Positions 36,598-48,048 of a stretch of DNA of 64,000 nucleotides are shown in pieces. Under the pieces are notes generated by a model. It ran no database searches. It had not been told where the DNA came from and worked only from the letters and a program-made list of their open reading frames with translations. A program made the translations under genes and the position numbers. Source of the DNA: Acanthaster planci. Its lineage: Eukaryota. The DNA is taken from assembly GCF_001949145.1 (NCBI RefSeq), contig NW_019091358.1, forward strand, positions 372,961-436,960, in the 5' to 3' direction. Position 1 is the stretch's first letter; each line of letters begins with the position of its first letter.

Positions 36598-39500
36598 TTA
36601 AAATCGGTTAAACTTGATCTTGCGCTTGATTGTGACTCCTGGTGGTAGTCCGCCAGCATCTTTGGGAGGTTTGTGATCAGGTAATAAGCCTGTAACGAGG
36701 ACAAATATCAAGAACCAAAATAATTCTTACAGTCAAGCACTTAAATTTGTCCTGAAACTGGGAGATCCATTAAAAGTGGAATGTAAAAATCTAAAAATTA
36801 CTGCAAGATTTTCTAGAGAATATTTGCAGCTTACACTGCATTTTTCACCCTTTGGAAAAAAGCAAGTCCAAGTAACAAAAATACTATGATTGTCTTTTCC
36901 AATGTTCCTGACTAGAACAGGCTGTTCCAATAAAGAACCCATTGTGCTCTCAAGTTCTCATTAAAGACACCTTCACTTCATTTTTGAAATGAAAAGTTAT
37001 CAGATTTTGTTGTGGTTCCCAAAGCAAGAGGAATGCTCTGTCAATGGTGGGGGAGGGGCAGGGCATTTGTGAGATAATCAGGCATCAACCATTATATAAA
37101 AGGATTTGGCAAAAATGGGACATTAAAACCCCCCTCTATCCTGCCGCCAGTGCACTCAGTCCAAAACAAAGCAAGTAGAGATGGGATGCATATGCAGTAC
37201 ACTGCTTTGGCTAACTTTTGTAAAAATTGGAGACACAACCTTTTATATTAACAGATTAAAAAAAATATTAATAAAACATGTATTGGGGAGATACAGTTTT
37301 AGCTCCTGCAGTGTTAATGACTTATCCACTATTAATGCACCTTGGTAAGTTTTTTTGGGGGGTGTGGGGGCGGGCACTCATCAGCCCACCTGACAACCAT
37401 TAACCATGGAAAGGGGTCAATTCCATTTTCCAAGCCAATTTTTGCATTCCCTTTCCCTCATTGGTTTGATTCTTCCACTTTTTCCTCGCCCGTTTTCTGC
37501 TTTTCAATTTTCTTTCTGGAAGGGGGGGGGGCTTGTCTAAAACTAAAAGCAGTTTTTTTAACTCGTTGATTACACAACCAACGGTTTGGCATGGACTTTC
37601 TAAGAATTAAATAGAACTAAGTAGTGTTAGTCTGTACGTATACCTGCTCTGTGGGCCCTCTTTACGCATTCCTCCAGATGCCTCTGTTGCTTCTTACACA
37701 CCCCGGTAATTCTCCTCGGCAACATTCCTCCGTCTGGCCGGATGAACTGGCTCAAGATCAGAACATCCTGCAGAGGAAACATGCATAGAATCTCAGTAGA
37801 TACCATCGGTGGATACAATGATAACATGGTCAGAGCACTAATCTCCACCCTACATTTCAAATTAACATGCTTACATGCAAAGTTTTGCTGGAGTGAGAGT
37901 TCAGAATAGCTTTACTGGCCACCTTGATTATGAATTAAGGATTAGAAAGCCATGTTTAGTTCCATGAGCATTTTCATAGTGAAACTTTCACACACTGTTC
38001 AGCCCTTAGTTGAGTCACACCTCAAAGATGTAGGTGTAGGCAACTAAAGTCTTTGATATAGTGTAATTCAACCACCAGAATTAGAAGCCATTACTGGGTG
38101 GCACAACGCTCGTCGACAGGTGGTACGGGCGCGTTGCATGCCTCTTCGACCAACAGGGTGTCGTGATATGCCAAATACATAGGCGCGTCAAGCTGAAGAA
38201 TGTGCGTGTGAGTGCAGTGCAACCGCAGTTGTGGTGTCTAATCGGATTTGTCTATAGACCTTTTTCCAGTGATGTCACGATCATGCTGGACCTCTGATGT
38301 GTTGTGATGGTAATGAGTGCATAGTGTTGTGATGGTAATCTACTTATTCAAGATAAACTAGTCAAGCATGCAACATTCGCATGTGCCCTTCCACGTGGTT
38401 GAAGCTGCCTGTAGGAATATATGCGATCACCGTGGCCAAGGCGGTCCACACATGGTGGTATTGTTTACATTTAGTCACATGGGTAAAAAAGGTCCATACA
38501 GAGTACTGTCGATATCAAACACAACAAATGATACTCAGGAAATACTGTAAAACAGACACTTGCCATTTATACCAAAAAACAGTGCTGAAATTTGAACAAA
38601 TGTTAAGGTGCACAATGAAATAGATATTGTTTCCTCTGTGTGAGGTTTTAGCATGAATACATTTAGTCAAAATTTGAAACTTTGGGTGCCCTTTAAACTA
38701 TTAGGATTGAACAGATATGGAATTTTTTTTGCTCTGACATGAAAATGTCACATCCATTCATACAACACGTCTTCCAAACCACAAAACTTTTTGATGACTC
38801 GCAGGACTCTGTATGCACACATATACATGTAGAATTCTGATTGAGTTGACTGCTGAGTATTGGGAAAGAGTTCCATATTCAGAGATCACTTGCCACCCTG
38901 TGCACAAAGCCTGTCAGGCGGGTCTGAAAAATTCTAAGTGTTTTGTATATGCAAAGCATCAATATTTTCCCTGCTAAATTTAACTTTTTAGGACTATTGT
39001 CACTTATCTGACGGTTTATAAACCAATGCAAGGGAAAATTTGTGATTTCCGCATATGGAACTCTTGCCGAATGTTGTTGGCACAGTGTTCTGGAGATCAT
39101 GGTTTGCAGCTGCACTCTTGTCAACTTTTTCCTCATCCAAACATTGAAGGTTGATTATCTTGTCAATTAAAATTTAGTTCATTATTATGTCAGTTGCATA
39201 AAGTTGAGTGGAAAGCAAGAAATATCCACATTTCACAAAAAAAAGAGCTACACGTATGTAGCGCATCCCCTCCTGCTTTGGCTATGAATGCTGAGAACTT
39301 TAAGTCAATACATGAATGAGGAACAAGACCTTGTGTACGACAATACTGATCCTTACCTTGTAGGTTACTCTGAGGTTTCTACTGCAGATTGGGCAGGCCC
39401 TGTGAGGGTTGTCAATATCGTAGTAGTTTTCTGGAGGATCTCTGTACACACCCTCAATCTATATAAGACACACAAACATGACAAATACAGAAAGACTAAC

Positions 39501-42500
39501 ACAGAGGAAAAATTAAATGTCTCCCTCTTAGACTTCCTTGTTGGGATTAATTCACCTGACAGGTTGAGTGGCAGTATTCATTGATGCTCACCTGGGGAGT
39601 GTCAATAGAGGAATTTCACATTAGCGCCGTCTGTGCATATTTGCATCGAAACCGAGGCTCTCTGTGTTGAACTTCATCGCGCGCACGGAGTCGACACAGT
39701 ACATGGAGTATCCGGTTCGTAAATGTGACACCACTTCAGTTTTAACCATGCCCACTGCACAAGATACACGACCATCAGAGGTACGTTAGTTCGCAGTAAA
39801 TTTTCGTTATTTTTTCTTTTGTCGAGTCATCCTGAAAGACTCTTCCACAAAAATTTGCAGGCTTAAAAGTCTGAATGTAACATACCTTTATGTATTTTGT
39901 GTCTTGACTCCTTACTTTCAATCGTCTGATCATATTAAGAATTGAAGCTGACACATACAGCCTCGTTTTCAAACACCGAAATGCGTAGATCGACACTAAA
40001 AGCGTCGTATTGGGATCCTCTATTGGGACTCTGCCTAGCCGTAAGCCATTTTCAATTGGTAGTGATCTGGGATTAATTGGCAGGAAAAAAAAAATTTCAC
40101 GTTTCACAGAAAACAGCAAAAGGGTGGGACCCTTCCACTAGTCTAATGGTGGCATGTGATAGGCTTTTTATGAGTGTGGGCACTGGACTATACATTACTT
40201 ATAACTTATATATACTTGCAACTTATAAAATTGGGAATAACATTACATGGACAAATTGAATTTTTTGTTGACCAGCATGATCAGTGAAATTACAAGGAAA
40301 GGTATCATGCTCAATTCCTGCAAACTGGGAAGGTGAGAAATACAGACTTGAAGTTTTGACAGGAAAGTCTCCAGTAATCTCAAAGAGGGTAATTGAATAA
40401 AACTTGTGAGAACTGGGCTGTTACTTATTTTTAAAGATTTTTAAACATACATGTATTTTATCCCTTAGTTGGGATGACTAAATTGCAAATTCGAACATCA
40501 CTGCATTCCATTAATTCTGCTCTTTTTTTCACTTACTGTATTTTATTTTTCTTTTATTTTATTTCAAATGAAATATCCTAATACTTATAGCTGCCCGTGT
40601 CCTCTTTCTGATAAAGTGTTTATTGGCATGCCAAACTTCGTCAACTACATGTAAATCGAGCATGTCCCAAGTATGTGTGGGCTGTGGACAAATGTGGGCC
40701 AGTTGATAAAGTTAGGGTGCAACAAATATCATTGCACTCTAACTTCCAGCTATGTGTATGTCATCCCAAATCCATCAAAATGTTGTAAAGCTGTTAAACG
40801 TCTGAGGATTATGGGTAGTCAGCAGGTTAAAAGGAATGGTAATTAGATGATATTAACCAGAATTACTTACTATTGTTGAATTACCCTCTGTCGTTTCTAT
40901 CACTGTGAGAAATGGCAAACAAGAACGCAACGAGAGTTATTAAGATTAATATCAAGGAATGGTTGAATATCATTTGATTTCCCCTTTCAGGTTCTGACCA
41001 AAATGGACCTAGCAGATGACAAAATTTATAGAGGTACATGTACATGTATTCAATGCCTTAGAAATCCAACTGTCGGCAGAAAATGTGCAAGCACGAAAAA
41101 AAATTGACGGGTTACACTGCCTTGCATGCCAGTCACTGCCAGCAGATATGTCTGTTTTTCCCTATTTATTTTGTACCCACACAGTCTGAGAAATCTGTCT
41201 AGACTGAGTGTGTTGAACATGCTGTACACAGCCTGTTGCTGTGGCAGATATTTGCTCTGTGAAAGTGTCCCAGAGTGCTGCAAAATATAATGCTGGGTAA
41301 GAAATACTGCAACATTTTGTTCAAAATGACTCTGAAGAGTTATTATTTGTGGCATTTGGCTGCACAGCACAGTGTATGTTGGCTCCTGTAATCTTGCCCG
41401 CTCAAAAGTCACAATTCTCTGCCAAAATGATACTGTCTGCAAGTTGACATCATGGATAATAATATCCAATGTTATAAGATGCCTCCGTCAGAACTTGGAA
41501 CGTCTCCAAGTCACACGGACTATCACACAGTTAGGGACACATGGTACGCACCGACCACCATGATTTAGTGGACCTGACCTGGTGGTGTACTGTACATGTA
41601 ATAATAATAATAGTAGGATTTATATAGCACCATTCCATCTAGATCATGGCGCTGCACAACACTTGATATCTAATGAAATTATACTGGAAAAAGATGACTT
41701 TTTATGTGTTTCCTGAATAAGACCAGGTCGGGATTCATTGAGGTGTACGAGGTTGTGAAGCTATTGAGGAACTGTGCAATGAAGACAGTTGAAGACGAGA
41801 AGAGCCATCTTGAATAAGATTCTATTCCGGACGGGAAGCCAGTGAAGTTGGGTAAGTAATTTGGAAACTGATGTATGCCAATCTGCTGTGAATATAATGT
41901 GTGCACCCTGGTTTTGTAGCCACTGAAGCCTATCATTTATCAAGCTCTGACTTAGTGATGCCATATATATAGTAATGAGTTACCATAATCCAATCAAAGG
42001 CTTGATAACAAAAACATTTTAAAATGGAGTAAAATTTCAAAATTCTGTACAGAAAATGCATATTCATTTTCAAGAGTTAGCCGAGATATTTATGTAGCCA
42101 CATACGTATGAAGCCAAACCACGATGGTTGTGTTTGTATTGCACATGCCTAGTGTGTATTAGACTTGGGTTGCAGTCGTTCATCGTTATATCAACAGTAA
42201 AAACACCATTAATTTGTGTGAATTGCGGTAGTCAAGCGGTTACGGCATAATTAATGGTTTGTGATGCATGGGGTGTGAGTTCGAATCCCGGGTCGAAATT
42301 GTGGGCAGGGAGGCTTTTTTTTTTAAAGGAAAATAAAGCCCGAATGTTATAGGAGCCTAATTTCACACGTGAAGTTTTTATGGTTGAGCATCTAGATGTC
42401 ATGCCTTGTGCATGGTTGTGAACCGTGGTTTGGCTTCATACGTGTGATTGCATATATAATATAGCTCAGTTAGCCAGTGATTTCTTAAAGTGCGCCCTCT

Positions 42501-42779
42501 GCAGGTGAATAATGTCAGTACACGTACGTATCATCACGTTGGTATACAGCGTACGGTACGGTATGTTACCGTCAGTAACCGAGTCCTGCGGTCATCGTGT
42601 TCTCCGTTCTTACCTTCCCTGTACTTTATTTTGGCAGCAGAATCTGTCGAACATTGCACAGCACAGGACACCAGCACTCCCCGTTTATGTCTAATGCTGT
42701 AGGTATTGCAGATAGGTGTAATTTTACGAATTAAAATCGGCCTCAACACACGAAGCAGGGAAATTGCGCGAATCTCCAT
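36598..42779 (-). CDS. MRPS18A: Mitochondrial ribosomal protein S18A (mL66), 5 exons, ~171 aa
   Basis: Exons 42779-42614 (basic, targeting-like N-terminus ending KYRE), 40902-40871 ([11 protein letters not shown]), 39458-39357 ([11 protein letters not shown]), 37767-37644 ([29 protein letters not shown]), 36689-36598 (LLPDHKP..FNRF*). S18 zinc-binding CPIC and ITGxC motifs are present and phases are consistent. Confidence 0.92.
38253..38498. mobile_element. Short TIR MITE in MRPS18A intron
   Basis: TATAGACCTTTTT / AAAAAAGGTCCATA arms. Confidence 0.5.
39592..40038. mobile_element. TIR MITE in MRPS18A intron
   Basis: CTGGGGAGTGTCAATAGAGGA / TCCTCTATTGGGACTCTGCCTAG imperfect arms. Confidence 0.55.
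41599..41965 (-). mobile_element. L2/CR1-group LINE 3' fragment in MRPS18A intron 1
   Basis: Minus-strand translation [24 protein letters not shown], typical of the L2 ORF2 C-terminus. It is followed by GCTATATAAAT and a (TAT)n tail (plus strand (TAA)n at 41599-41613). Confidence 0.85.
42090..42455. mobile_element. TIR element carrying an internal tRNA-like A/B-box cassette
   Basis: Arms CATACGTATGAAGCCAAACCACG (42101-42123) and CGTGGTTTGGCTTCATACGTGTG (42424-42446). Inside: A box 42229-42239, B box 42279-42288, T10 run 42315-42324. Confidence 0.7.
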
Positions 42780-45422
42780 CTTCGGAATTTTCGTGTGTCT
42801 CAATGGGGCATGTCCCCTGACTGTATTTCATAGCAGTGTACTATCAACAAAGGGTGTCGAACAACGGTACCAGCCTATTCTGGTATGAAGTCAACTGACA
42901 TGAGCTGAATGATATTACAAGTACTTGGGTGTGTGATCAGTGTGCGAGTGGGGGTGAATTTGAAAGTTGTGAATCATCATTGAATTTCAAGTTCTGTTTG
43001 GTCCAGTCGTGCCAGTTCAAACTTCTGCATATATACATGCTTTTTGCACCAGTCTCGGCAAAAACTACCCCATAACTGTGGAGTCCAACCGTCCACCCCG
43101 CTTGAGCGGGGCGGACGTGGAACCCCACAGTTCTGGGGGGGTAGGCAAAAACATGATAAAAATTAATCATGAACACAAATTAACCTTGCTAGTTTCAAGC
43201 CTTAAACTAAGTTTTATTACATTTACACATGGGCAATTCCACACCAAAGTGGACTTGACTTAAAAAAAAATTTATAAAAGTGACTGAAACAAAACAAGTG
43301 TCAATTGAAAGCTAAAACTAAGTCTGTATTTTCAAGATTTAGACACGACATTTTAATTTTGATCCATTCTGTTGAAGAAAATTTGATTAATTAGGGCCAC
43401 ATTAATAATCCTGTTTTTATCCAAAAAAGTGAAAAATAGATCCACAAAAATTTTGATCATTCTGCACGTACCTAAAAAAATACGTTTTATGTTCGAATGA
43501 CAATGTTTTCATTTTTTTGAAAGGACAGGTCATTTAAAACTGATGAAACATTTCTCCACAGTTTGCATCATTTGTTTTGCTTCAGTGACTTCTCATAATA
43601 TTTTAGACTATGAAAATGTCCTTCCGTTACTGAAAAAGTACATTTTTAATATCTCTTTAAAAGTTGCAGTGTGAATGTCATGAAAGCTAGTTATGAAAGC
43701 AAGTTTAAGTAGGCCTACAATATGGCACTGTTACTGACACAGTTGTCCTTTTTGTGATCAGTGCTTCACTTGGCTTTCACTTAAACAGTACAGGTCCATT
43801 TATTGAGCAGTTCTACCAGTGTTACATTAAATTAATATCTAACAACTTTCAAGTTGTACTATACTGTTGCGTACTTAAAACAGCACAAGTGTTGAGATAC
43901 ATGTATCTCTTCAAGCCTGTGTAGTGCTACACCGTGCTGTACATGAGCATGTCGATAACCTACCCTGTCTTGTGAGTATAATTGTCAATTCTTTTCTTAG
44001 ATTTCTCATTGTCATTGTAACACTATACGTGTAATTGGAAGACTGATAAATTATATTTAATTTTAGAATTTTTAAATGTTCCGATTTTGATTTTGGCATA
44101 AAAGTAAATGTGCAGGTATTCCTGTTTTAATGATCAATTTTAATCAGTTTTCTGTTCATAAGTATTAGTTTAAGATGACAAAATTCATGATTTAAGTTGA
44201 TAGGCACATTAAAAGTTACATACATGTACTCTACACGTACATGTACATGTTAATACAGTGGTGAGTGTTGTAGTGTAGCAGATATTACAGAGGAATCTAC
44301 CGAGAAGGAAGATTGTGAAATTTGAAAGTTATCTGATGTTTTCATTTTATGAACAGGATGGCTCAAACACAAGCTGAAATGCAATGGAAGTACATATGCA
44401 GAAAGTGACAGACAGCGAAGGGTCTACATGATGGACACAGATCAAAAGAAATTGTACATTTACTTGTTGTTTGTTGCGTTCCGCGCTTTGGGTTCGAAAG
44501 CTTTGTATTCATGAATGTTGATGTAATCCTGAGTAAAAGTGGCAAGTAATTACATGTACAGTATATTTAAATTACTGAAAAATATTGAACACAGTGCTAT
44601 ATTAGGCTTTGATTTCACATTGCCTTGCACTTCAAAATGTTCTTTTTGTATCATTAGTATAACATCACATCCATCATCATCAAATCCATGGTTACAATGG
44701 GAGGGGGTGCTGAGAGCCCACCCCCCTGGGTTGGGAGAAATTCTGGTTCACTCCCCCTCCCACAAATTCCAGCTCGACATTGTATATGAGATATAGATAA
44801 TTGAAATTGTATGTTATTTCTCAATTTACATCTCGTAACTGCATAAGCTTTCTAAAGATGCTTAAAACCTAGTCACAAGTATTTAACCCGTTATACTTAT
44901 CAAATGTACATACTTTGTTGTACATAACTTCCATTCTAGTCGCCTTATGGAGGTGGGAGACCTATTATTTGAATGCAAATTAAAAGTCTTCCGAGAAGAT
45001 ATTATAATAAAAATAATTGGGACATCATGAAATTTCCATGAATCTAGCTGTATTAGTCCACTCTGCCAATCGAGTGTGTCGAGTGGTCCATTATAACAAG
45101 GTACTGGTAGATGCTACAAATGACCTAATCCCAAAGACCGTGCATTTCATATGTGATGCGTGCTTGGTGAGCTTTGTCATTTTGGTGCATTTTGATCTGG
45201 ATACTGTCCTCTTTTCAAAACCATGGATTCCCGATTCTAGACAACCTGGATTCAAGTTGTAGACAACCTAGAATCCTACATTTAATATATCTGAAAACAA
45301 AAGGGTGCCAATATTGATTTGAAGTTTATACGCACCCAAACGACAAAGCTCACCATGTGAAGGCTGTTGCAGATCACATCACATCTGTGCACACTGTAGT
45401 GTCCTACTCCTACAATGCATAT

Positions 45423-45665
45423 GGGTCATTCTATAAATTCAGGGTCCAAAAGTGTGACATTTTTGTGTCCTTCTACACCTGGCCTGTCTCATTTGACGTG
45501 GAAATACCACTGACGTTGATTTTAAACTATTTCTCTCTGTTTGACAGGTACTTTGAATCAATTTATCTCTCTTGGAAATTAGAAAAAACGTTCTGAACTT
45601 ACAAAATCATGTCAGGTGTAACAGGGACACAAAAGAAATCATATCCCTAATTTATAGAATGACCC
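45423..45665. mobile_element. Repeat family D second copy with 4-bp ATAT flanks
   Basis: ATAT|GGGTCATTCTATAAATT ... AATTTATAGAATGACCC|ATAT. Shares CCAAAAGTGTGACATTTTTGTGTCC with the 20746 copy. Confidence 0.78.
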
Positions 45666-48048
45666 ATATGTACTGCTTGTCCATGTTCTAGACGTGCTGA
45701 TTTTAAATATTTAAAATACTCAAACCATGCTCAGATTAACTTGAGTATTGTAGTTTTACATTTTTTATTCTGTTAAATATGTAAACGTAATGTAGCCCGT
45801 TGAGGCAACATATGTCAATATGCCAAATGAAAGATACCTGTATTTTCTTTCTTGAAAAACCTGAATTTGACCTACGTGTAAGCTTGACCCATTTTCATCC
45901 TAACAACGTTCCAGGGCAGCTTATGGCATACCGTGTAAACAAGCATGATCGCAGTATGTTCTAGATCTTGGGGTTTGGTGTGATTCTATGCTGGTTTTTA
46001 TCCAGACATTAATTCTATGTGGCCTTTTGAATTTTCATTAAATCTGACATTATTATAGTATTTGGAGGCATGTATCAATGGTTTTTGTAAAGAGCTTTGA
46101 AATTGTTACAAAAAGGAAACTTTCATCGGACCTTTTATTTGAAATACACTTACTGTAAGTGCAACTGAAGCATTGGGCTCTCCAAACAAGAAGTGTAAAT
46201 TATTAACCCTCCTTCTGCTGGAACCGTCAAAAACAGTAAAAAATTCCTTCCGCTTGATGCCCTCAGCACACAGACACATACTGTACATGGGAAATCGGAC
46301 TGGGTTTGACTGATAGGACATTATTGGATATGTTAGGCTTTAGTTTGCGTTTGTTGAAACTGCTTTATACTTTACCTGCCAAGAAAGTGACGTAGCAATA
46401 ATTGTACACAAGTACGTGCAGCTAGACAAAATGCATTTTAGTTACAAGAAGCAATGGAACAGTGTCGATTTCTGATTTGATAACATTGCAGAATGTACGT
46501 TCATCAGAAAATGTACACGTATGTAGTTTGCAAGATGGCATCTCTGAAGTACAAGTTTCTTACATAATGAAGTTAAATAGGGAGGAAACAGGTCAAGTCA
46601 AAATTGTCCCTTCAACAACTTCGGAGATAGTGACACCATTTTGGGAAACTTGTGTATAACAAATCATTTCTGTCCACTTTCATGAAAATATGGCAAACAA
46701 ATTTCTCATGTAAAAAGTAACTATCTTTGATGTGTTACAAGAGGGTTCCCTTTCATTTCTTGACGTCAGCAATCCTGGTGGTTGAATGAATGGTGATCAA
46801 AATACATTTTGGTAACTTTGTTGGGCGTAGGCAAATGCTTTTGTTATAATCCAATGCACTTCCAATTACCCCAGAAGCTGAGGTTATGCATCTTTCCATT
46901 GCAGTCACTAATGTTGCAGTCAGTGGTGTTGCCCAAGATATGGGCCTCCAGGTTTCACAATTCAACCTGCCACTTCATTCAATTCCAAAGCTATGAATGA
47001 TTGAAACAATTCCTTCAGTTTGATTTTAAATTACCGTACTTTTAGTTTGATATCTTATGATGCCGTAGTGACATCATAAAAGATATCTGAGCATCAAGAT
47101 TTATGGTAGCTAGCAACATACACTTGAACTTTGACCCTTCATTAACCCAGGAAGGGAATGTGAGATGAATTCATAACCCGAGACAAAATTGTTGTCCAAT
47201 AACAGATTTGTCAGATACCCGAATACAAAGTAGATACCTGTGTCAGTTTGTGAGATCTAGCTTATACAGTAGAAGTTGATCGTTAAAAAAAACTGTGGAG
47301 GCTTTTTTTTTAAAACCTGATGTCATCTGGATATAACATCAAGGGATCAGGGTTTATATTTGTGCAAAGTTTCAAATTTATGTGGTGTACTTTTTTAGGG
47401 AAAAGCCGTAGAGAATTATCCTGAGAAAATGAAGTAGCAAGATGTCTGACTACAAACCCAATAGGAGACTAGGCAATGGACAAATCATCTAATAGCTTCC
47501 ATGAATGACTGAAGTGTGTTTCATCTTTGTGAGAATTTTTGAGATGCAGCATAATTTGGCTTAAAAATGGCTTCATTTAAATCCTGAAATGAAGGACTTG
47601 TCACAGTGCCACATTTTCCTTCTTAGAAAAATAAATTGCAATTTGCAACTCCACAAAGTTGTCTCATGTTAAGAAGACTCTTTGCCGCTACACCGACACA
47701 ACAAAGCAAGAGCTGAGGGGTCTGTGTTGGACCAGCATCAATTGTAACACATCTGGGATGTGTACGACCAGAACTCTACTTCATGATCAGTGATGATATT
47801 TGACGGCGAAAAAATTACTCTGAAATAGACACTGGAAGTTAATGTGTGATGTAATGTTTACGTGATGTTTGCATTTGCAGGAGCTGTTCCACCTTTATGG
47901 TTCAGGATACTTCAGCACATTTGCACACTTGGCCCATGAATTGAATTGGCTCTTCTACAATGCAACAGCCACAGTGCTCCTGTGGGCTTCAGTGGAATAC
48001 CTGTGACTCGTAGGTGGCTAGCCAGACTGAAATGTCAGAGCCAACGTC

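Noticed and set aside
42222..42295. Functional tRNA gene
   Set aside because: A/B boxes are present but there is no acceptor or anticodon stem pairing. Reported as a tRNA-like cassette instead.
47791..47823. C/D-box snoRNA (GTGATGA..CTGA)
   Set aside because: Too short, and no terminal stem or recognisable guide.
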